From IMG/VR virus record IMGVR_UViG_3300025834_000005: a stretch of DNA of 64,000 nucleotides; one strand, 5' to 3'. This DNA is from a virus. The notes under the pieces were generated by a model that did not search any database, was not told the DNA's origin, and was given only the letters and a program-made list of their open reading frames with translations. A program made the translations under genes and the position numbers. Shown piece by piece: positions 51,930-58,565 of this stretch. Numbering within the stretch: the first letter of the stretch is position 1; each line of letters begins with the position of its first letter.

Positions 51930-52600
51930 ATAATATGCTTGACGATGTTATCGAAATAAAAGATCACAGGCTGAACCCTTTGGATATCATAATACTGATT
52001 TTATCTATATATGTGCTTGGCGTTGTGGTTATTGACACATTATGGGTGTTACCAGCAGAAATATCGAGACTATTAAGTTATATCGACAACATAATATGCG
52101 TTGTGTTTTTTTATGACTTCGTAACAAACTTTCGTAAAGCGAAGAATAAATTAAAGTTTATGCGATTAGGTTGGATTGATCTACTATCGTGTATACCTAT
52201 GGTTGATTACTTACGTGCTGGTAGAATGCTTAGACTTATACGATTAATTCGTGTTGTGAGAGCATTTAAGACCACCAATCATTTAGTTAATCACATCTTT
52301 GCCAATAAATCAAAAGGTGCTCTAACGTCTGTCTTTGTCGTAGCAATGCTATTTGTATTATTCTCAGCGATAGCGATTCTTGAAGTTGAGAACGACCCTA
52401 ATAGTAACATAAAAACTGCCGAGGATGCTATTTGGTGGGCGTATGTTACTGTTACAACTGTTGGGTATGGTGATAAATTTCCAGTAACAACAGAGGGCAG
52501 AGTTATTGCAGCAGCTTTAATGACCGTAGGCGTAGGCTTATTCGGTACATTCACCGCATATATTTCATCATTATTTGTAACTAATAGTAAAAATCCGTAA
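51926..52600 (+). CDS. voltage-gated-type (6-TM) potassium channel
   Basis: selectivity filter TVTTVGYGD; S4-like RMLRLIRLIRVVRAFK with Arg at every third position; about six hydrophobic helices in 224 aa. Confidence 0.85.
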   Translation: MNNMLDDVIEIKDHRLNPLDIIILILSIYVLGVVVIDTLWVLPAEISRLLSYIDNIICVVFFYDFVTNFRKAKNKLKFMRLGWIDLLSCIPMVDYLRAGRMLRLIRLIRVVRAFKTTNHLVNHIFANKSKGALTSVFVVAMLFVLFSAIAILEVENDPNSNIKTAEDAIWWAYVTVTTVGYGDKFPVTTEGRVIAAALMTVGVGLFGTFTAYISSLFVTNSKNP

Positions 52601-52625
52601 CATTTTATAATTAGTTACGTATAAC
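52596..52625 (+). promoter_or_regulatory. phage-type promoter motif
   Basis: copy 53 (CGTAACA); upstream of 52641..52805. Confidence 0.55.
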
Positions 52626-52640
52626 ATAGAAAATTTAAGC

Positions 52641-52805
52641 ATGAAAAGACTTAATTTAGTATTAGGAGTTATTATTGGTATCGTTTTTACTTGCGGTGCA
52701 TCATTATTTTTAGTTGCCTTATGGCTACTTGGTGCGCCTGAACCATTCGAAAAATGGCAGGTTTTAATGGATAGCCTTGTTTTTTTTGACGATAAAAAGA
52801 AATAG
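52641..52805 (+). CDS. small membrane protein, 54 aa (below ORF-track cutoff)
   Basis: hand-translated MKRLNLVLGVIIGIVFTCGASLFLVALWLLG...; promoter motif 52596..52625. Confidence 0.45.
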   Translation: MKRLNLVLGVIIGIVFTCGASLFLVALWLLGAPEPFEKWQVLMDSLVFFDDKKK

Positions 52806-52807
52806 TC

Positions 52808-53068
52808 ATGTCACATTGGAATCATAGAATTTTAGCCGTAAGTAATGAAGTATATCCTGATGATATATATTTAGAAATGTATGAAGTCTATTATGACGAT
52901 AATGGCATTCCTAATGGGTATACAGCTAATCCGATCACTATTGGTAGCGAAGATATTAAAGGCATTCGTTGGTCTTTAAATCGAATGAAAGATGCCTTAA
53001 AAGAACCTATACTATGGAAAGGTAAAAGATTTCCAGAAGAATATAAACCCTTAATTAATAATCTATAA
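52808..53068 (+). CDS. hypothetical protein, 86 aa
   Basis: track ORF. Confidence 0.55.
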   Translation: MSHWNHRILAVSNEVYPDDIYLEMYEVYYDDNGIPNGYTANPITIGSEDIKGIRWSLNRMKDALKEPILWKGKRFPEEYKPLINNL

Positions 53069-53070
53069 AC

Positions 53071-53364
53071 ATGTACGACTATAAAGAACATGCCGATTTT
53101 TGTAAATATTATGACAACGGACAAAAAAGAAATTATTGGCTTTTGGGTTACTTCGGTGGCGGTGCTGTTTGCATTAGCGACGCATTCGAAATAGCTAAAG
53201 ACTATGCCAAAGAATATAACGTTGCTTTGGATTCCGTTAAAATCGACGAAATATTAAGCTCCCGACGTTACAAAGGATATAAATTCATTTTCTCAACAAC
53301 TGTGCAAGAACAGGACGAACAGGCAATATTTTATGACGATGTTCATAAAATATTAAGAGATTAA
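53071..53364 (+). CDS. hypothetical protein, 97 aa
   Basis: track ORF. Confidence 0.55.
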   Translation: MYDYKEHADFCKYYDNGQKRNYWLLGYFGGGAVCISDAFEIAKDYAKEYNVALDSVKIDEILSSRRYKGYKFIFSTTVQEQDEQAIFYDDVHKILRD

Positions 53365-53365
53365 T

Positions 53366-53395
53366 TGTAACCTTTCGACATTATTTACGTATAAC
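53366..53395 (+). promoter_or_regulatory. phage-type promoter motif
   Basis: copy 54; upstream of 53414..53722. Confidence 0.6.
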
Positions 53396-53413
53396 TTAAA
53401 AAAATTAATCATT

Positions 53414-53722
53414 ATGAATTACAGAAACATTCAATCAGGTCACATTATCAGCGAAAGCTACTGGCGCAAATTGCCTTTATGCAAACAACGCACATTCACA
53501 TCAACCTTCGCTGAACCAACACATACCATTTCCGAAAGCGGTGACGACGGAAGTTCTGATGGTATGGGTATATTCACAACACTGCTTATCGCTGATGCTT
53601 TAAGTGATTCTGGCAGCATGTTCGGAAGTTCCGACATGGGTTCAAGCGATTCGGGTTCGAGTTCATCTTTTGATTTCGGTGGTGGAGATTTCGGTGGCGG
53701 TGGTGCTGGTGGTGACTTTTAA
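53414..53722 (+). CDS. protein with a TM segment and Gly/Ser/Asp-rich tail, 102 aa
   Basis: GIFTTLLIADAL followed by GSSDMGSSDSGSSSSFDFGGGDFGGGGAGGDF; promoter motif 53366..53395. Confidence 0.55.
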   Translation: MNYRNIQSGHIISESYWRKLPLCKQRTFTSTFAEPTHTISESGDDGSSDGMGIFTTLLIADALSDSGSMFGSSDMGSSDSGSSSSFDFGGGDFGGGGAGGDF

Positions 53723-53728
53723 TTAAAA

Positions 53729-53986
53729 ATGAAAAAAGCATTATTTGTTTTGGCATTCCTTACAATATGTATTGGAATGCCTGTTTTTACCTCTTATGTA
53801 TCTGGCTCAGACACTTATAGAAAATTCGATATCCTTGAATATAAAGGATGTAAAGTAATGGGTAAGATTAAGGAAGGTAATGAAGATTGGGATTGGTACG
53901 TGCTAAAGAATAACACAACAGCTAAATTAGTGCAAGTGCCCTCATGGTTTGGTATGGTATATAATATAGGAGATAGTATAAAATAA
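53729..53986 (+). CDS. small secreted/membrane protein, 85 aa
   Basis: N-terminal MKKALFVLAFLTICIGMPVF. Confidence 0.55.
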   Translation: MKKALFVLAFLTICIGMPVFTSYVSGSDTYRKFDILEYKGCKVMGKIKEGNEDWDWYVLKNNTTAKLVQVPSWFGMVYNIGDSIK

Positions 53987-54001
53987 ACAAACATATAAAT
54001 A

Positions 54002-54529
54002 ATGTTTAAGAATCAACTAAATAAGTGTTATAAAACGGAAGACGGCGAGTTATGGCTATCACGAAGCGTTGCTGTTGTCGGCGTTATATTTGCTGTTACC
54101 GATAATTTCTCTATGAAAGTATTAACCTTAAAAAGGTCAGCAACAATGATCGATAAACCAAATCGTTGGTGTTTACCATGTGGCTATCTGGATTGGAATG
54201 AAACACTTGAAGAAGCTGTTGAGCGTGAGGTATATGAAGAAACAGGATTCTTAATGCGTGATCACAGTAAACAGTTACTCAGAGATATGCCTTATTTTCA
54301 TATTAATTCAGATCATACTAAATCCAATAGGCAGAATGTGTCTATCTCATTTGCGAAGGTGTATATGTTTGAAACACTTCCTGAACTTGTGTTAAATGAA
54401 GAAGTAAGCGAACTCGCATGGACACCTATCAATGAAGCAAGCTTAAAAGCATTGGATTTAACATTTGGTCATTATGACTTAGTTACTGCCGTTCAAAAAG
54501 AAATTAATCGTACAAACTTTACAAGATAA
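54002..54529 (+). CDS. NUDIX hydrolase
   Basis: Nudix box GYLDWNETLEEAVEREVYEETG (Gx5Ex7REUxEExGU). Confidence 0.8.
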   Translation: MFKNQLNKCYKTEDGELWLSRSVAVVGVIFAVTDNFSMKVLTLKRSATMIDKPNRWCLPCGYLDWNETLEEAVEREVYEETGFLMRDHSKQLLRDMPYFHINSDHTKSNRQNVSISFAKVYMFETLPELVLNEEVSELAWTPINEASLKALDLTFGHYDLVTAVQKEINRTNFTR

Positions 54530-54533
54530 TATT

Positions 54534-54770
54534 ATGTTTGAATCAAAAGAAGAATTATTAATGGCAATTCAAAGATGCTTGCCATATGCAGATCAGATTC
54601 AGAAACTTGACTTTTCAACGAGCAGCAATTCTATATCATTTGTGTGGCGATGTGAGCATTTCAAAATAGATTTAAGCGGACAAGTTGGAGTAATCGATGA
54701 TGGCTGCATTGTGTATTCAAGTATATGTATTATATTTAGAGAACTTTTAAGGCGAGAATGGCTGAAATAA
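54534..54770 (+). CDS. hypothetical protein, 78 aa
   Basis: track ORF. Confidence 0.55.
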   Translation: MFESKEELLMAIQRCLPYADQIQKLDFSTSSNSISFVWRCEHFKIDLSGQVGVIDDGCIVYSSICIIFRELLRREWLK

Positions 54771-54806
54771 TTTGTTTAAGGTATTTATAATAAAAAGTAA
54801 ATTATT

Positions 54807-55442
54807 ATGAATCTAACGAACATAATCGAAGGATGCCTTAATGAGATTTATCCTGTATCTTTCGATATGAAGGAGTTTAATAGCATTAAATCATTTGCAA
54901 AAAAAGCTAAGTATTGCGCAGAAAGATTACAAAGAATTTCATCAGGCTCTGGTAGGATTGTCTATAAGATTGACGACGAAAAGGTTATAAAACTTGCTAA
55001 AAACCTTAAAGGAATAGCACAGAATGAAACCGAATCAGATCAATACATTCAGACAAATTACAGCGAAGTGGTTGCCAAGTGCTATGATTGGGACGATGCC
55101 AATAATTTCTGGCTTGAAATGGAATTGGCTCGTAAGATGAATGCCAATGATTTTAAACGTATTGTAGGCTATCCACTTAACGGCGAGAACTCTATTGAAG
55201 CATGGTTAACCAAAGTGGTTGATAAAACATCAAGATATAGAATATCACCAGAAGTGATGGAAGTATTAAATGAATCAGAATTCACATATGCTTTACATGA
55301 TTTAGTCGGTAGTTATAGTATGCAAAAAGGTGACTTTTTTAAATTAAACTCGTGGGGTAAAGTATTAAGAGACGGTAAAGAAGCAGCGGTGTTAATTGAC
55401 TTTGGCTTAAGTGAGAATGTTTGGAAAGAATATTACTCATAA
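54807..55442 (+). CDS. protein-kinase-like protein (atypical Ser/Thr kinase fold)
   Basis: Gly-rich loop SSGSGRIVYKI, VIKLAK lysine, LHDL...N, and LIDFGLSE (DFG). Confidence 0.5.
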   Translation: MNLTNIIEGCLNEIYPVSFDMKEFNSIKSFAKKAKYCAERLQRISSGSGRIVYKIDDEKVIKLAKNLKGIAQNETESDQYIQTNYSEVVAKCYDWDDANNFWLEMELARKMNANDFKRIVGYPLNGENSIEAWLTKVVDKTSRYRISPEVMEVLNESEFTYALHDLVGSYSMQKGDFFKLNSWGKVLRDGKEAAVLIDFGLSENVWKEYYS

Positions 55443-55445
55443 ATC

Positions 55446-55475
55446 TGTAACCTTTATTTACTAATTACGTATTTA
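55446..55475 (+). promoter_or_regulatory. phage-type promoter motif (degenerate)
   Basis: copy 55: same geometry, but TACGTATTTA replaces TACGTATAAC. Confidence 0.4.
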
Positions 55476-55492
55476 TGTAAAAAAATATTGAC

Positions 55493-55957
55493 ATGAGAAC
55501 TGATAAAATACTGATCAAAGAAGATTATGAATCAAGATTACGTGATCTTGCTGGCGTATCAAATGCTATTAACGAAGACGTTGACAAAATTATGATCAAA
55601 GAAGATATTGACGAACCTGTTGAAACCGTACTTAATGGCATGAATAATCAGAAAGCCAGAACATATGTTGGAAACGTAGCAAGAAAAGCCTTTCACACAG
55701 GTATTTATAGAGACGATTCATGGCAACCAGTAGCAGCTATCTACAAAGCATTGGGTAATGCTGGTATTGATTACGATATGACAGGTTCTCAGTATTCGCC
55801 AGAGTTCCCAAACACATATAAAAAATGGGAACTTACCTTCAAGTTCACCAATGATAAAGGTAAACCAAGCGAACTACATGGTCAAATCATGGCAGCTGGC
55901 GCAGGTTCAGTAGAACAGCCATTAGATAGATACGATTTGAATTTCACGATCTATTAA
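55493..55957 (+). CDS. hypothetical protein, 154 aa
   Basis: degenerate promoter motif 55446..55475. Confidence 0.6.
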   Translation: MRTDKILIKEDYESRLRDLAGVSNAINEDVDKIMIKEDIDEPVETVLNGMNNQKARTYVGNVARKAFHTGIYRDDSWQPVAAIYKALGNAGIDYDMTGSQYSPEFPNTYKKWELTFKFTNDKGKPSELHGQIMAAGAGSVEQPLDRYDLNFTIY

Positions 55958-55994
55958 ATCCAAATAAAAATATTTAAAAAAGGTTGCATTAGTT

Positions 55995-56024
55995 TGTAAC
56001 TTTTTTTTTGTGCTTACGTATAAC
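55995..56024 (+). promoter_or_regulatory. phage-type promoter motif
   Basis: copy 56 (TGTAACT); upstream of 56039..56317. Confidence 0.55.
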
Positions 56025-56038
56025 ATAGAAACAATTAT

Positions 56039-56317
56039 ATGAAAGCATTAAAAATTATTTTAAAAGGTTTGTTATCGCCATTTTACATGGCATTTCTATT
56101 GGTATTGATACCAACATTCCTGTTGATGATTATGTTAAATCTTGCAGGCGTTCTATTGCTTGAGTTATTCGCCGTATTTTATTGCGTTTTTGTTCTTCCA
56201 TTTTACACAGTAACGTCAGCATTTCCTAAATATGTTTGGAAATGTTTGAAAAGAGGTTATATTTTCAAATCTCTTGTAGCTGATAAGGATGACGATTATA
56301 AAGGATTCGGAGCATGA
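56039..56317 (+). CDS. membrane protein (2 TM), 92 aa
   Basis: promoter motif 55995..56024; hydrophobic FYMAFLLVLIPTFLLMIMLNLAGVLLLELFAVFYCVFVLPF. Confidence 0.6.
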   Translation: MKALKIILKGLLSPFYMAFLLVLIPTFLLMIMLNLAGVLLLELFAVFYCVFVLPFYTVTSAFPKYVWKCLKRGYIFKSLVADKDDDYKGFGA

Positions 56318-56661
56318 AGGTAATAATTGCTGGCGGTAGAGACTTCAAAGATTACGAATATCTTTCGACGTGCTGTGATAAATATCTAAGCAAACAGACC
56401 GAAATTGAGATCGTAAGCGGTGCTGCTAATGGTGCTGATAAGCTCGGAGAGAGGTACGCCAAAGAAAAAGGCTACCCAATATCAAGTCACCAAGCTGATT
56501 GGGATAGGTACAAAAAGAGTGCTGGCTACATAAGGAATAAAGAAATGGCAGAATACGCCGATGCTTTAATCGCTTTCTGGGATGGTAAGAGTAAGGGTAC
56601 TAAGCATATGATTGATCTTGCCAGAGAATTAGGATTAAAAGTTCGAATAATTTCCTATTAA
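56314..56661 (+). CDS. SLOG/DUF2493-family protein
   Basis: MKVIIAGGRDF...VSGAANGADKLGERYAKEKG...ADWDRYKKSAGYIRNKEMAEYADALIAFWDGKSKGTKHMIDLA matches my memory of the DUF2493 pattern. Confidence 0.7.
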   Translation: MKVIIAGGRDFKDYEYLSTCCDKYLSKQTEIEIVSGAANGADKLGERYAKEKGYPISSHQADWDRYKKSAGYIRNKEMAEYADALIAFWDGKSKGTKHMIDLARELGLKVRIISY

Positions 56662-56663
56662 GT

Positions 56664-56693
56664 TGTAACCTTTTTATTTCATTTACGTATAAC
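56664..56693 (+). promoter_or_regulatory. phage-type promoter motif
   Basis: copy 57; upstream of 56708..57310. Confidence 0.6.
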
Positions 56694-56707
56694 ATAGAAA
56701 ATTAGAT

Positions 56708-57310
56708 ATGATCTCAGCAAATATTACAACATACATTGGTCAAGACTCTGATGCTCAGCACTATTACTGTAATTACTTTGACAGTCCTAATATATATGGA
56801 TTGCCTAAAGAACGTTATTCTGTGGGTAGAAATGAGGATATCGACTTAGATCGAATTATTACTGACCCACACGAAGTCTTAAGGATGAACGATAAACACG
56901 ATAGATGGTATATCGGTATGGAAACTGCCAGATACAATTCAGTCGAACAGATTCATGCTAAATTGTTGGAACTCTTTCCTAATGAGGATATGATCACATA
57001 TTATGAAGATAAGCTTTTCAAGGAAACTATATACATCAAGGACGGCATCAATTTAGGCGTCAAGGCATTTGGCGAAGTTTGGACATATGCCCCAAGCTCA
57101 TACTATAAAGATTTAATATCTGATGATGTTGTTGTGAAAATCAAATGTGATGATTGTGGGCATGAGTATACTCTCGATGAAGTAACCTATGAACAAGAAA
57201 CTATTGATCATGAGGGTAAAACGAGAGATTGGGTTCGTTTCACTAAAAAAAGAGACATGGATGAAGTATGTTGCAAACATTTTAATTTACTCTGGAACGT
57301 AATATTATGA
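56708..57310 (+). CDS. hypothetical protein, 200 aa
   Basis: promoter motif 56664..56693. Confidence 0.65.
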   Translation: MISANITTYIGQDSDAQHYYCNYFDSPNIYGLPKERYSVGRNEDIDLDRIITDPHEVLRMNDKHDRWYIGMETARYNSVEQIHAKLLELFPNEDMITYYEDKLFKETIYIKDGINLGVKAFGEVWTYAPSSYYKDLISDDVVVKIKCDDCGHEYTLDEVTYEQETIDHEGKTRDWVRFTKKRDMDEVCCKHFNLLWNVIL

Positions 57311-57786
57311 AAAACTATTTTTGGGTGAAGCCTAATTATTCATGGTGTAAAACTGACTATTTATTGGCTTATAAAAGTGACTCTGAATACATTTCAGTTG
57401 AAAATGGCGAACGTTATGGCGATATTCATTTATTCAATGTAATACCTATAAAAAAACCTGTGTTCGTACAAAAAACAAAAATTACGACAAAGGAAACTGG
57501 CGACATAATGAATGTCTTAAGAACTAAAGGCATTATTAATAATGGTGTGGCTTATGTAACAGGAAAATGGCTAAAGCCCTGTGCAAAGGGATATGGCTTA
57601 AATCCTAAAGACATTAAAGACGACGCATTTTACTATGTTTCTGATGGTAGGTGGGAATTTAAACCAAAAGAGGTTTCACCATTTTATGTATCAGAACATA
57701 TCATTCAATACTGTAATGAGAGCATTCTTGAGCATAATAATAAAACCGATACAGATTACGATTGCATGGAAGCTTGGAATCAATAA
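57307..57786 (+). CDS. hypothetical protein, 159 aa
   Basis: ATGA overlap. Confidence 0.6.
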   Translation: MKNYFWVKPNYSWCKTDYLLAYKSDSEYISVENGERYGDIHLFNVIPIKKPVFVQKTKITTKETGDIMNVLRTKGIINNGVAYVTGKWLKPCAKGYGLNPKDIKDDAFYYVSDGRWEFKPKEVSPFYVSEHIIQYCNESILEHNNKTDTDYDCMEAWNQ

Positions 57787-57950
57787 AATATTGCGGAACG
57801 CACGTCCCTATCAACGTGGCTAAAGTAAATGAATGGGGAATTATAGAGATTTCTACAGGTAACGCAGCCATCTCTTAATAGTGAAGTTGTTCTAACTCGT
57901 CGTTGAGGACAGCCTTTAATAATAAAGGGTTGGGCAAATAGTTATGGATA

Positions 57951-57980
57951 ATAAGCCTGTAGTGTTACTTACAGGCTTAT
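57951..57980. terminator. bidirectional terminator between convergent genes
   Basis: ATAAGCCTGTA / TACAGGCTTAT 11-bp stem, T-rich on the + side. Confidence 0.65.
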
Positions 57981-58477
57981 TTCTTTTTATATAATATACT
58001 GTTAGATATCTCGATCAAATCAGAAGTGTGAATCTTTGACATAACGTCTTTCCGATCACTACGCTGATATTTGTAATTGAATTCTGGCGTTGGTTTGAAT
58101 TCGTCAAATACTTTCTCTTTCATATATTTCTGTAAAGCATATTTACCAACAATGATAAATGAATCCTTTTGTTCGAATGCGAAAAAATCAGCCTTACCAT
58201 ATGCCCATCCTTCAAAGCCTCCAACATTTTTAAATTCAATATAGTGAATAGTTTCGTCAACATCTTCATCTGATCTTAAAGTTTTCTTCATACTTTTAAC
58301 ATCAAATAATAGTCTGCATTGTTGTGGCGTACCAAAATACAGATGCACGCCAACATCCCAATGCTCTTTCATGTCCTGATAAGGTGTTGATTTAAAAGCT
58401 GTTTTAAATAATTTAGCAAACTCAATTTCACATGGCGTTGCATTTGCAAAACATCTATCAATTTCGTCTTGTAGCAT
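57977..58477 (-). CDS. PD-(D/E)xK nuclease-like protein (putative), 166 aa
   Basis: LLFDVKS ... IEFKNV gives D-x22-ExK spacing; divergent from cas3; TATCTTTG box on the - strand at 58494..58501. Confidence 0.5.
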   Translation of the reverse strand: MLQDEIDRCFANATPCEIEFAKLFKTAFKSTPYQDMKEHWDVGVHLYFGTPQQCRLLFDVKSMKKTLRSDEDVDETIHYIEFKNVGGFEGWAYGKADFFAFEQKDSFIIVGKYALQKYMKEKVFDEFKPTPEFNYKYQRSDRKDVMSKIHTSDLIEISNSILYKKK

Positions 58478-58493
58478 AATTCTATATTTTATA

Positions 58494-58501
58494 CAAAGAT
58501 A
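58494..58501 (-). promoter_or_regulatory. TAnnTTTG (-7) box for 57977..58477
   Basis: - strand TATCTTTG 16 nt before the ATG; no clear -33 TTG. Confidence 0.35.
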
Positions 58502-58518
58502 TAAAATATATCACTATT

Positions 58519-58548
58519 TGTAACCTTTTTTAATCATTTACGTATAAT
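58519..58548 (+). promoter_or_regulatory. phage-type promoter motif
   Basis: copy 58 (TATAAT); 17 nt upstream of the cas3 ATG 58566. Confidence 0.6.
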
Positions 58549-58565
58549 AAAGAAAATATAAAAAT

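Noticed and set aside
57635-57823. Track ORF 57635..57823 in an alternative frame.
   Set aside because: It lies almost entirely inside 57307..57786 and has no start context.
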